This document shows positions 1 through 11,898 of a DNA stretch of 39,283 bases, in pieces. The number at the start of each line of letters is the position of its first letter. The stretch's first letter is position 1. Made by a program: the position numbers and the translations under genes. The DNA comes from Pseudogymnoascus verrucosus (lineage: Eukaryota): NCBI GenBank assembly GCA_001662655.1, contig KV460223.1; one strand, given 5' to 3'. The notes under the pieces are model-generated. The model made no database searches. It was not told where the DNA came from and saw only the letters and a program-made list of their open reading frames with translations.

Positions 1-1
1 C

Positions 2-1918
2 GATTTTGAGAAGCTTGCCTCCAGCCATGCTGATAGAGTAGCACCTACGATTAAGATGGCTCTGGAAAGGGCCAAGCTCGAGTTGTCCGATATTGATTCT
101 ATCATTCTGCACGGCGGTGCTACTCGCACTCCCTTTGTCCAGAAGGAATTGGAGCTTTTGGTTGGCAAGTCCGACAAGCTGAGAAGCAATGTCAATTCAG
201 ATGAATCTGCCGTTCTCGGTGCCGCATTCAGGGGCGCTGGACTTAGCCCCAGTTTCCGTGTCAAGGACATCAGAACATACGAAGCTGCAGGATACGCTGT
301 CAGCATGCAGTGGACGAACATCAACCTCAAGCTCCAAAAGCAGCGCCTGTACACTCCCCAGTCGCACCTTGGCGCTGAGAAAGTAGTCTCTTTCCAGAAC
401 TTGGAAGATTTCGATGTTCATTTCTATCAGCATATCGATAATGCCGGAGAAGGTACATTCTCGGGAGAGAGAGAGCTCGTTAAGCTAGCTACCAAGAACC
501 TCACGGCAACTGTTGCAGAGCTGAAGGACAACCGCGGGTGTGAAGCTACCGACATCGTTACCAAGTTTGGCGTTCGCCTGAATGTCCTTAACGGCGAAGT
601 TGAAATTACCGGAGCCACCGCACAGTGTGAGGTTGATGAAGACCCGAATGCAGGAGGCGTTGTTGATGGTGTTAAGGGCCTATTCGGCTTTGGTGCCAAG
701 AAGAGCGATCAGGATATCTTCGAAGACGCTGAAATCGTGTCAGATGCCGAGACGTCCACCGAGAGCTCCACCACGACCTCTACTGCTAAGAAATCATCGA
801 CATCTTCAGGTGCAGCCGCTTCTTCGGCCGCCGCTGATGCCAAGCCTAAGAAGCGCCTAGTTGCAATTCCTTTGGACTTCGAGCTCGTGAAGAAGGGATA
901 CCCTGCACTACCTGCGGAGGTCCTGTTCAACAAGAAGGAGAGACTTGTTGCTTTCGATGATTCGGACCACGTTCGGAAGCAGCAGGAAGAGGCGCTCAAC
1001 CAACTGGAGGGCTACACTTATCGCGTTCGTGACCTATTGACCGACGATGCTTTCATTGGAGCATCGACTGAAGCTGAGCGCAAGCCTCTGGCCGACCTCG
1101 CTGAGGCTATCGGCGACTGGCTGTATGAAGAAGGCACAGGAGCTACCCGTGAGGTTCTGAAGGCCAAACTCGGCGAAATGAAGGCAATCGTCAACCCAAT
1201 TGAGCGTCGGAAGGACGAAGCGGCGAAACGCCCAGAACAGATCAAGAATCTTAAGGAGTCTTTGGATAGCGCTGAGTCAGTGATCAAGTTGGTGAAGGAG
1301 AAGATTGTCGAGCAGGCCGACTTCTTGTCGTCGGTAGCATTAAGACCTACTCCTTCCGAGACCTCAACCGAATCATCGACTACAGCTGAGCCATCGACTG
1401 AGACTGATGGAACTGAGGAAGATAACACTACGGCCGAAGCTGAGACTACAACCGAATCTTCCGAGGCCCCATTGCCAACCTTGCCACCTACATCGTTCAC
1501 CCAGGAGGATCTCGATGTGTTGGAGTCTCTTCACAAGGCGACATCGGATTGGTTCACAAAGAAGCTTGCTGAACAGGAGGCCCTTAAGGTTACTGACGAC
1601 CCAGTTCTACTCGTGAAGGAGATGGCCAAGAAGGCGAACGAGATCAGCCAAGCAGGAATGGAGATGGTCATGAAGGGCATGAAGGGTCCTGAGCTACCCA
1701 AGGTTTCGTCCAGCAAGACCTCGAAAACCAAGAAGCCCAAGACTTCGAAGACGAAGAAGTCGAAGAAGACAAAGTCTACGTCTACTGAGGCAGCGGAGGG
1801 AACTGGTGAGGCTAAGGAGTTTGATATGCCGACTGAGGAGGAGATTTTGGAGGCTGTCAGGATTAAGGAGGAGAAGGAGGCGAAGGAGAAGAAGGGAACA
1901 TATAAGGATGAGTTATAG
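2..1918 (+). CDS. LHS1: ER-lumenal Hsp70/Grp170 nucleotide exchange factor (Lhs1/HYOU1), 5'-truncated by the window edge
   Basis: The frame is open from position 2. It contains Hsp70 motifs IILHGGATRTPFVQ and NVNSDESAVLGA, the Hsp110/Grp170-type helical C-terminal region (LNQLEGYTYRVRD) and a C-terminal ER-retention signal YKDEL. Confidence 0.93.
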   Translation, partial: DFEKLASSHADRVAPTIKMALERAKLELSDIDSIILHGGATRTPFVQKELELLVGKSDKLRSNVNSDESAVLGAAFRGAGLSPSFRVKDIRTYEAAGYAVSMQWTNINLKLQKQRLYTPQSHLGAEKVVSFQNLEDFDVHFYQHIDNAGEGTFSGERELVKLATKNLTATVAELKDNRGCEATDIVTKFGVRLNVLNGEVEITGATAQCEVDEDPNAGGVVDGVKGLFGFGAKKSDQDIFEDAEIVSDAETSTESSTTTSTAKKSSTSSGAAASSAAADAKPKKRLVAIPLDFELVKKGYPALPAEVLFNKKERLVAFDDSDHVRKQQEEALNQLEGYTYRVRDLLTDDAFIGASTEAERKPLADLAEAIGDWLYEEGTGATREVLKAKLGEMKAIVNPIERRKDEAAKRPEQIKNLKESLDSAESVIKLVKEKIVEQADFLSSVALRPTPSETSTESSTTAEPSTETDGTEEDNTTAEAETTTESSEAPLPTLPPTSFTQEDLDVLESLHKATSDWFTKKLAEQEALKVTDDPVLLVKEMAKKANEISQAGMEMVMKGMKGPELPKVSSSKTSKTKKPKTSKTKKSKKTKSTSTEAAEGTGEAKEFDMPTEEEILEAVRIKEEKEAKEKKGTYKDEL

Positions 1919-2192
1919 AAGTAGTAAATAATCCCCATGCCACGACACAGCTGCCTGGGCATGTTAGAAGTAGTAAATGTATACCATGACACACGATTAC
2001 TTACTACATTCGTTTTATAGCATAAACACGAACACTAACACGTGACATAAGCCTCGGTCGTTCCGAATTTAATCTAGAGTGTGATAGAAGGATTCTAGAC
2101 TTAAATATCCCGCAATTCCAACGATTTGCGAATTAAACCCCCCAAAACTACTTGTCCTCAAACATCTTCACTACCACCACCACAGGCACACA

Positions 2193-2555
2193 ATGTCATT
2201 ACTATCCTCCATCCCAGTAGCCTTTGTGGCCCTACTCCACGTCTACATCCTCGTCCTCGAGATGTTCCTCTGGACCACACCCCGCGGTCTCAAAGCCTTC
2301 GGCCTCAAGCCCGACTTCGCCGAAAAAACGAAAACCCTCGCCGCCAACCAGGGTCTTTACAACGGCTTCCTGGCCGCCGGACTTATCTGGGGATTAGTGC
2401 ATCCCGTACCGGAATTCGCGGAGCAGATTGAACTCTTCTTCTTGGGACTGGTCGGAGTTGCTGGGATTTATGGGGGCTTGACTGCGAAGCCGAAGATCTT
2501 CTTTATTCAGACTGTGCCAGCTGGTATTGCGAGTTTAGCTGTGTTGTTTGGGTAG
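2193..2555 (+). CDS. DUF1304 family small membrane protein (120 aa, about 4 TM, intronless)
   Basis: Motifs LHVYILVLEMFLW and LAANQGLYNGFLAAGLIWG are characteristic of DUF1304. Four hydrophobic segments. Confidence 0.85.
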   Translation: MSLLSSIPVAFVALLHVYILVLEMFLWTTPRGLKAFGLKPDFAEKTKTLAANQGLYNGFLAAGLIWGLVHPVPEFAEQIELFFLGLVGVAGIYGGLTAKPKIFFIQTVPAGIASLAVLFG

Positions 2556-3748
2556 ATATCACAGGGAGTTTGGCAGGGCGGCGTGTAGCAGGGAGCAAGA
2601 AAGCCATAGTTGTGAGGCTTGGGATTTATAAGGACGTTTAGATGGATATTTTGTACAGAGCTCGGAAGCTACTACTGCCGTCAATTTGGTTCGTTTCACG
2701 CTTGTGTGCACAAAGATAAGAGCATCCATGACAATCTAGTGCATTTTATGCCGGCCTCGGGGAAGCAGCACGTTCTCCGCAGCTTCCCAGAACAGATGTC
2801 AGACTACTACTTACCCCGCTCCCGCATCTCCTAGTGGCGTGGCCTTCCTTTGTCCATGGCGCACATCGAGACCGCCGGAGATAAAGCCACAGCGAAGCGA
2901 ATGGTAAGGTAGGGCAGAAGATCGCCCGTGTCGGCGCCATTTCGATAGTCTATAAGGTACGGTATTTGTTGTTGTTGTTGTTGTAATTCTAAGGGTGGGC
3001 CTCGGCATTCTTCTGCCGCCTTTCCTTTCTCATATCTCTGTGACTAAAACTACTCGAGTACGGGTGGGTGTGCCGGTGCCTGATTCTGTACCACAATTCC
3101 ACATCCATGTCTTTCAACCCGTCCCATTATCCCCTATGTCGTCAACGTACCCCCTTACTTTCTCCGCGGCATACTGCTCTTAAAACCCCAAAAGGCCCTT
3201 CTCACCAAGCTACCTTGACGCAGTAGACAAACACGGCAAGATATTTCCCCAGAAACCATCGGACTATTCCAAATCCCTTGTTCCATGTCAAATCGCATGA
3301 AGAACTTCTTGCCATGCTCTAACCCCCTTGTTCCACGTGGAGAAACCGCGTTCCTGCACGGCCCTGTCTATTGTTGCGCGTATTGTTGCACATATCCTTC
3401 CTTGCCGTCCCGTCCTGCCATCGGCTGCTGGTACCACACACGCCACAACGAGCTAGACCACCTTCTCGGACGCTACATTGGTTGATTTTCTTACGTCCGT
3501 AATCCGTAAGAGTGAGTGATCCTCTTGGAGGTCATGAAACGGGGGTCAATGCACCCCAGAATAATGCACCCCGCATGCAGGTATCGACAAGAAGGGAAAG
3601 GTTTGCCTCCCTTTCCGCAATGCACGGAGATGGGTCCGCTGTCAGGTTGTATATTACTGCAAGTCTGGCCCTTGTCTGATATGCCTCTCGGTCGGTATCA
3701 TGTGCGTGTATTGTTTACCTTTTTTTCCCACTGCGATTCCCTTTCAAT

Positions 3749-5339
3749 ATGCCTGGCGGCTTCCATCCGACGAAGGAGGTCTTTCTGTCATGGCCGAAGC
3801 CGAATTATATCGATCCTGAAACCAAAGGCAATCAATTACTTGTTGTTACTATAATATCCACCATTTTGGCGATAGCCTCCGTTCTTGCTCGAGTATGGGT
3901 GCGGGTAGGGTATCAAAGACAATTCGGGGCCGACGATATTATGCTGGTCCTATGCATAGTAGGCGCATTTCCTATCACTCTTTGGATCGCTGATCTGGAG
4001 CATAGAGAGTCTCTGGATACTAATTTACGTTTTGCTAGATTCCTACAGTTGGAATTGCTGCGCTTTTAATACTCAGCAAGGCCCCCAAAGAAACAATTGC
4101 TCCGAGATTTGGTTACTAATGGGAATATAGCTGAGACCAAATTCCGTTGGTTTAGACACATCTGGGATGTGCCACTCGACGAGATAAGTGGGAGACAATA
4201 TGTTAGTGAAGCACAGTACACTCCTTTTCGCGCTATATTGACGAGGTTGTTGATGTAGCATAGTTGGATTGTTCAGGTTCTGTATGTGGCTAATATTTAC
4301 TTTCAATGTTACCTACCCACGCTTGAAATAGTATATGAATCTGATTCTTGCCTAGCTTTGTTATTTCCACCACTTTCAGCAAGCTTTCAGCCGTGCTTTT
4401 ATACAAACGAGTGATCGCGGGAGTCTCAAGGCCGGCCTTCCTATATATCATTAATGCCGCCATCGCCGCCCAAACCCTGTATGGGGTCACCTTCGTCCTT
4501 CTGATGATTCTCCAGTGTCGACCGATAAGCTCATACTGGCTGCAATTCTCATATCCGGATCCATACACAGAGAAATTCTCCTGTCTATATGAGGGTTCAG
4601 TGCCATTCAGTAACGCATGTATAAGCGTGGTGACGGACTTTTTTGCAGCTATGCTGCCAATGTTTCTGTTCCTACAACTACAGATGCCTAAAAGAGACAA
4701 ATACGGTCTTGGGGCAATCTTCGGCGTTGGATTCATGTTAGTTGCTACCCACCTTGTTATCTCCTTCTGTTGGAACGCGGCTGACCTACTAGTGTTTGCA
4801 TTTGTGGTATTATAAGATCGGTTCTCGTGTACCATATCTTTTATCAGTCGTTCGATGTGACCTGTAAGCATCTATTCCCTACGAGAAATCTCTTTTTCAG
4901 CCCTCCTTTTTTTAATACAGATGCTGACTTCGAGCCAGGGCTGAGTCATGACCTCTGGGCCTGGACATACGTTGAGACCAACCTTCTTGTTATCTGCAGT
5001 GCCATACCACCTATGAGAGTATTATTCAAGCGACTCGTTGGACACTCAAAATCACACAGCGCTTCTAAAATACCGGTTACCAACCCGTTCCATGGAAGGA
5101 GTCCTAGCAATCAGTCAAACCTAGCCGACACCTCCAGGAACGGGGCTTCCACGGAGGCTATTGCATTGCGTGGGATGGAACCTGGCACAATCCAGTCTCC
5201 TAAGTCTCCTAAGGATGAGGCGAAGGCTACTCGACAATTTGACAGAGGTCATAAGGTACAAAAATCGGAGCGTTTTAGTAAGGTCTACCTCGACAAAGAG
5301 CTACCACCCGTTAAAGAATATCGTCCGGATTGGGCGTGA
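3749..5339 (+). CDS. Pth11-like (rhodopsin-domain, CFEM-less) integral membrane protein. Predicted exons 3749-3958, 4039-4075, 4131-4201, 4259-4281, 4356-4736, 4793-4863, 4939-5339
   Basis: Spliced translation gives family motifs SWPKPNYIDPET, GADD, RHIWDVP, FSKLS, QCRPISSYW, VVTDF and WTYVETNLLVICSAIP. The introns have branch sites and restore the frame. Confidence 0.85.
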
Positions 5340-5583
5340 GGGTTATGATAGGGGGTAATGGCTTATTGTAGTTATGAAAGTTATGTTAATTAGCCTCGAG
5401 GGTATTGGGGTGTTGTGTTTTCTATAATATCAGGGACACACTTTATGAATCATCATTCCAACGCCGTTGTAAGGCGCTATCACTCAAGGAATACTGCAGG
5501 TAGCATAATAGTGACTGCATCACTCCCCACAAGAACCGCGTATGTTCAACATGGATATATATTTTATCTTCTTCCACCCTCCT

Positions 5584-6215
5584 CTATGTCTCAAGGTTGA
5601 TGCTCCTCCCAAACCTCGCATACAGCTCCACCTTCAGCTCCTGCATCCCCTCCTTGATCGTCCCCAGCTTCTCTTCTAATACCGAAACCTCCTCTTCGAT
5701 TCTCGCTGAGTTGGTGGTGAGGAGCTCCTGCACCTCGGGCAGGGGCAGGGAAATGAAGGAATCGCCGATTTGGTAGCTATTGGGCACGTTAGTCCGGTTC
5801 GATATCATATGGGGATATGTAGGGCGGCAAGTAGGGTCCGAATTCGGGCGAAGGAAAGAGGCAATAACGTACGGTATCATGTCCTCCTCGTCCGCAAGCT
5901 CAAGCTCATTCGAGATATCCTCCAAATCCTCCTTCTCCTTCTGTAGCACAACCCATATTAGCACCTCCTCCACTCCCACCCAGCTATCCACAGAATCGCA
6001 CATACATGTTTCGCCTTCAACTCATCCTCCAGATTCAATTCCCGCTGATGCAGCCTGCTGAACTTGTTGATCTTGTCCTGGTCCTCGCGGCGGACTTCGA
6101 TCTCGTCGGCCCCCGTTGCCGCCTCGTCTTCCTTGGAGAGCTGGGTGTGTGTTAGTAAGTATGTTATTGACGGGGCGGTAGAGGGGAAGGTATGTACCAT
6201 GCGTCTCTGCATCAT
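5584..6215 (-). CDS. GIM3: Prefoldin subunit 4. Predicted exons 6215-6198, 6140-6006, 5940-5873, 5776-5584
   Basis: Spliced protein MMQRRMLSKEDE...EVRREDQDKINKFSRLHQR...ELELADEED..PYQIGDSF...LKVELYARFGRSINLET matches prefoldin 4/Gim3. Confidence 0.93.
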
Positions 6216-6618
6216 TTTGAGGGTTGTGGTGGGCTGGTAGCTTAGAGGGGTAGAGCTGGGGGGGTTGCTCGAGGTGACTTTCTTGGGGGTGGTTTGGAGC
6301 AAACAGAGCAAACATGAGCTGAGTTGGGCGGTGATGGGGAAATGTAAATGATTCCCTCACTTTCTCGCACAACTTTATTGATGTGATAAATAGAAGAGAT
6401 ATAAGCGTTATTTTTATTGGATATATGTCCAGATAATACTAATTTCATAAAAGCCATTGACTAGGCAGGTCCAAAGGAAATTTAAGTGGTTTTGGTTTTG
6501 CCCAGCTGGATGATCGTACAACAGGGTGCCAGCTTAATTTACTAGCCAGCATCATAATTCATTCATTAACTCCCCCAACCAAGACCATTTCGTCCTTCTC
6601 ATGCGAGAGATTATCCCG

Positions 6619-6997
6619 CTATAAAGCTACAGCAGTCGGGGATAAATATGAACCAGGGAGATGCCCAACCGGCAGGCCGCGATTGCCGGAAGTCCGCTGG
6701 ACATACCCCGGGGGTTTATTCGATGAATATGGCGGAGATGGATGAGAGCCGACTGTATCATCATATGAAGGCGGGTGATCTCCAGACTGTTCCCATGCTG
6801 CTTGATGTCCCCCTTGGAGCGGTTCGGGCTGCGCGTCCAACTCCTTCTTCAGGGCCTTGCGAGCTTTGTGCCTGGTAGAGATGGTTAGTACCTGTTGCAT
6901 CGCTGAGATGCCAAACTCAACGTGGGCCATACTTCCGATATTTTTGGTAGCCCATCACTGGCAATACAACGATTGCCATGAGAACAACGGCTGCCAT
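6619..6997 (-). CDS. Small (105 aa) N-terminally anchored membrane protein with PY motifs. Exons 6997-6933 and 6871-6619
   Basis: ATG in AAGATGG context, hydrophobic MAAVVLMAIVVLPVMGY, then a basic stretch. An intron GTATGG...CTAAC...CAG (6932-6872) joins in frame to the ORF carrying PPSY and PPGY. Confidence 0.7.
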
Positions 6998-7537
6998 CTT
7001 GTGATATTGATGCGCTGGTGACTGAGTCCTAACGATGGGAATATGATTATGCCGTGGTCAGTGGTCAGTAGAGTGAAGTTATATAAATTAATTCGACTAT
7101 GGAGAATGGAAAGTCAGATAGTATTTGTCACTACCTATAGTGAATCTAGACCAGGATGAAATGCAAATAACCAGTAACCATGCGCCCCAAGCGCGTGGTC
7201 AGTGAGGCTTAGACAGAATAATCGAAGAGGCTGATGGTAGCGGAATTTACCCCACACTGTCTCTCCGACTCCCCGACGTCATGGGATAGGTGGAGGCCGT
7301 ACCTACCAAACATTTATACAGGTACAACACTGGTATAATCACTAACCACGAGGCTTGGTGCACCGCCCACCCACAACGCCGGGCTCAAGATTCCGGCCGC
7401 TACTCTAGCTAATACTCCGAGCGTGCCTGTGTGTGTATCCACTGACACGGCCAGATCCTGAAACCTCGCGCCTTCTTCAACCTTTCTCCCCTCTAAGACG
7501 GCGGGACGCGCTAGACACAGCGCCGACCTCTCCCACG

Positions 7538-8616
7538 ATGCCTGCAACACCGCCGTCTTCACTCCAGGCGTATAATACCAGGCACCCAGCTACGCGCGGA
7601 ACACGGCTATCCAATGTCACGCCGTCGACAGGGACGAGGACGCCGGGGCAGGATCCTCGGACGCGACATCAGGACTCGCCCAGCGTGAATCCAGCCGCGA
7701 ACGAAGAAGACGAGCAAGCGAATGAAGATAGCGAAGGCGTTGAAGACCAGGATAATGGGAGTGAGGAGGGAGACGAGGAATCTGTAGAAGAGGAGGAGGA
7801 GGAAGATGGCGTGGAAAGCGTGGATAGCCGGGCGGAGGATGATGACGGAGAAATGGCGGTTGATGTTCCTCCTGTCGCTATGCATAATGGCAGTTCGTAT
7901 GCTCGTACACCGTTAACTCAAAACTCGAATACTGACGACTTGCTTCTTCACAGTGCCGGTGGAAGTAGATTCCGTGTTTGACCCAACGGGCCTGAAAGAG
8001 ATTGGCAACTTGGCCTCGTGGACGGTGTCGACGTGCAAACCAGGGTCGGGCGTGGAAGCCTTGCGAGACGACGACACATCTCTATACTGGCAGTATGTAC
8101 GCATCTATTCTGTCTAATAAACAACTGCTAATTGACTTGGGTAGATCTGACGGTCCACAACCCCATCATCTCAACATTCACTTTTCCCGCCTGGTGTCGA
8201 TATTGTCTATACGCATCTTCCTCGACTTCGAAGCCGACGAGTCTTACACCCCAACGCGAATTACATTACTCGCTGGCACTGGATACCATGACCTGATACC
8301 GTTCTCATCACTGGAGTTTACACAACCTAAAGGCTGGATCAACGTGCCTCTGGATGGCGTTGGTGGTGGTCCTGATGGGAACACGCTGAGAGCGTTCCTC
8401 GTCCAAGTCAAAGTTGTGGAAAATCACCAGAATGGCAAAGATACACACGTTAGGGGATTAAGGATATACGCTCGTGACGAAAAGACAGGTAGAAGCTTGG
8501 CTGGCTTGGAGGAATGGGGAGCAAGGGAGAAGAAGGGAGCCGCGGCAAAACCCTTACTTGATAGTACTGCCGCTCTAACAGAACCCGATTGGATGGAGGA
8601 AATGGAACTACGGTGA
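7538..8616 (+). CDS. APC10: Anaphase-promoting complex subunit 10 (Doc1) with an acidic N-terminal extension. Exons 7538-7892, 7954-8092, 8145-8616
   Basis: Spliced motifs LKEIGNLASWTVSTCKPGSGV..L.DDDTSLYWQSDGPQPH, DESYTP and NHQNGKDTHVRG are diagnostic of APC10/DOC1. Confidence 0.93.
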
Positions 8617-9072
8617 TCCATGCATTATAGAGGTCAAGAGGATCCAGCGGACGTCTCGTGTACACTAGGATTCAAGTTGATGGCGTTGTGTGATACCCAA
8701 GGCTTCGGTGGGAGGTAAACTTAAACTCGGCTTATTATAGACAGATTCCTATAGAATTAAACCGACAGAAGGTACACTACACAAATCCTCGCAGATTAGT
8801 CTTCACAGTGACAGCTCCTATTATTTACGTCGCAAGTTGCTTGGTATCTCCTCGTCGCAATCGATTTGTTATATTGACGAGGCTGAAATTTGACGGCGGG
8901 GAAATCGGCGAGGCTGACAAGGCTGGAAAATAGGTTACGCGCTAGCCCAGATAAGACTGCGCTAGTGACAAGCATAATCGATAGCAGAAATATTCTGGAG
9001 AAATGTTAAAGTCCAACTGATAGCAAATACCCAGAATCAATCGAACGGATTTCCGTTCCCACAACCCTCATT

Positions 9073-11458
9073 ATGGTTAAAAAGAGAGTTGGCGCCTTGG
9101 AAAAGGTCGACGCTGATCTGTATGTCCTCACAGATATGTTATTATTTTTTAACTAGCATAACTGACCATTTATAGCCCGAGTTTACAATACAAGATCCGC
9201 AGAGACCCCAAGTACGTGCCCATGAACCAGCCTCGCCGTCAGCGCGCAATACCAGTAAACTAACATGCTCAAGATCATATCAAGAAGATTTCCTCAATCA
9301 ATATGGTCAATATCAAACTCAGCGAGACATTTACATGGCATCACCAACGACAGCCACATCAGCAGGAATCGTTTCCTTCCGTGACCTGATCGATTTCGTG
9401 TCACACGTCGCCGATTGCTACGCCGAAGATACGGCCAGCTTCCCAGATGATCTCAACAATATCCTGACGACACATCATGCCGTGCTTGAAACCGAGTTGC
9501 GCGAAAAGGTGGTTGGCGCCCTCGTCCTTCTCCGCCGCAAGGATATCATCGACTCGACTGGACTCCTCAACATCCTCTTTCCTATCTTAGTCACCACACC
9601 CAGTAAAACTCTCAGAGCTCTACTGTTCACCAAGATTCTGTCTGAGTTACGAACCTCGAATGCGAAGACGACAAACCATAAGCTGAACCGGACGATACAG
9701 ACCGTTCTGTACAATCTTCTCACCTCAGACCGCACCTCTTCTAAAGGTATCTGGGCTGTCAAAATCACAAGAGAATTATGGAAACGCCAAATATGGACCG
9801 ACTCTAAAGCCGTTGAAATTATGAAGGAGGCCAGTTTAGCGGACAACGAGAAGGTTGTTGGTGGTGGTGTCAGATTCTTCTTGGGAGGTGACAAGGAGCG
9901 AGAGGAGATGGAGGATGAGGAGAGCGACCACGAAAATATCAGCATTGGAAAGTTGAAGCATCAAGTTGGAATTAATAAGAAGTCGAAAAAGAAGTCCAAG
10001 GGATTAGACAAAGCCGTGGATAAAGTCAAACGTCAAGAGCGCAAGAAGAATGCGCCCCATCCGCTTAATTTCTCTGCCCTCCATTTACTCCACGACCCTC
10101 AAGGGTTCGCAGAGACACTATTTTCGAAACATCTCCAAAATGGCAAGTCCAAGCTTAACTTGGAGCAAAAGCTTCTGGTCCTCCAGCTTGTTTCCCGCCT
10201 CGTTGGTCTGCACAAGCTCACGGTCATTTCATTATACTCCTACTTCACCAAATACCTCACGCCACGACAGCCATCAGTAACGTCGTTCCTCGCATCTCTC
10301 GCTCAAGCAACCCACAGTCTCGTCCCCCCCGATGCCCTAGAGCCGCTCGTCCAGAAGATCGCCAACGAGTTCGTCTCTGAGGCTGCCGCTTCTGAGGTAG
10401 CAGCTGCTGGTCTCAATGCCATTCGCGAGATCTGTGTTCGCCAACCACTGGCTATTAGCGACACGCTATTGCAGGATTTGGTCATGTACAGGAAGAGTAA
10501 AGACAAGGGAACTATGATGGCAGCGAAGGGACTGCTGTCGCTCTACAGAGAGGTTGGTGCTGATCTGCTCCAAAAGAGAGACAGAGGAAAGGAGGCTACA
10601 ATGGGTATCCGAAGCGGCGAGCGCAAGGAGAGGAGATACGGAGAGGAGGAGGTTGGCGGTATTGAAGGTCTTGAGCTGCTTGAGGAGTGGAAGGCCAATG
10701 AGCGCAAGAGAAAGCGTGTTGAGGCTGGCCTACCAGAGGAACTAGGCACCGATGAGGAAGAAGAAGACGAAGACGACTGGAACGCATGGGACGCCCAGTC
10801 CAACGCTAGTACGGACTCTGGCGGCTGGGTCAACGTCGAAAGCGACGTCGAGATCGAAATCAGCGACAGCGAAGACGAGGGCGGCAAGAAGCCCCCCGCA
10901 AAGAAAGTGAAATTCGCCGACACACCCGCCGAGGGTGGGGACAACGAACTCACCGATGCCGCCAAGAAAGCAGACAAAGAGCTCGAGTCCAAGATCTCGA
11001 TACTGGCCACGACCAAGATTCTCACACCCGCTGATCTGGCCAAGCTCCAAGAGCTGCGTCTGGAGGCCGAGGTCAACAAAATCACCGGGAAGAAGGGTCT
11101 AACTCAGCGGCAAAAGGATGCGCTCGCTCGCCATGCTGATGATCCTCTGACTGCGGATCAGATTGAGGGATTCTCGAAGCTGAGGAAGAACACGCGTGAT
11201 GAGAAGATTGCGATGGCGCGTGAGGGTAAGGGCGAGAGGGGCGAGCATAAGTCGACGAAGGCGCTGCGTCGTGCGAAGAATGAGGCGGAGGGGAAGAGTA
11301 CGACGAATAAAGAGAAGTCGCGGAAGAAGAACTTTATGATGACGCTGGGAAAGGCGAAGTATAAGCAGAAGAGGAGTTTGGTGCAGACGAAGAGGGTGTT
11401 ACAGGGACATCTTAACAGAGCTAAGAGGGGTGGTAAGAGAGGAAATATTGGTATGTAA
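9073..11458 (+). CDS. SDA1: Sda1, 60S ribosome biogenesis factor. Exons 9073-9119, 9176-9211, 9274-11458
   Basis: N-terminus LPSLQYKIRRDPKSY, motifs LNFSALHLLHDPQGFAE, LAQATHSLVPPD, GLNAIREIC.RQP and C-terminal STTNKEKSRKKNFMM. Confidence 0.95.
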
Positions 11459-11898
11459 GGGGCGTTTGGAAAGTAGTGATGAGTTATGTGTGGTTGCCGT
11501 TCAGTGTCGACAACCAACGAAACGATTGTTAGAATATAAAAGAAATACCATGATATTCACATTACTTAAAGATTCATTTCGCAAGGGGCACTCAGAATGA
11601 CCCATGTCTCGAATTCTCATATATATACAATCGATGGCCTCTGAATCGGAGTCATTTCGCTTGTCCTCATTATGCATCGCTCCTAAACCCAGCCACAGCC
11701 AAGGTGGCAATAACTTACACCCCATGTTTAGGCCACCACCATGGCAGCCAATATCCCCCCCGCCTGTAAACTCGTTTGAAATGCTTGTGACTTACAACCC
11801 ATGATGAAAAAAATAAACGCCCCACCCAACCCATACCCATGGTATCTGCCTTTGAAAAAGCACCAGAAAACTCCTGCCAATGAATGCTGCTGCCAAAA

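Noticed and set aside
2600..3740. Short ORFs and (GTT)n between DUF1304 and the Pth11-like gene
   Set aside because: No coding signature; consistent with ordinary terminator and promoter DNA.
7538..11458. Mating-type-locus neighbourhood, suggested by an APC subunit
   Set aside because: MAT is linked to APC5/APN2/SLA2/COX13, not APC10/SDA1, and no HMG or alpha-box ORF was seen.
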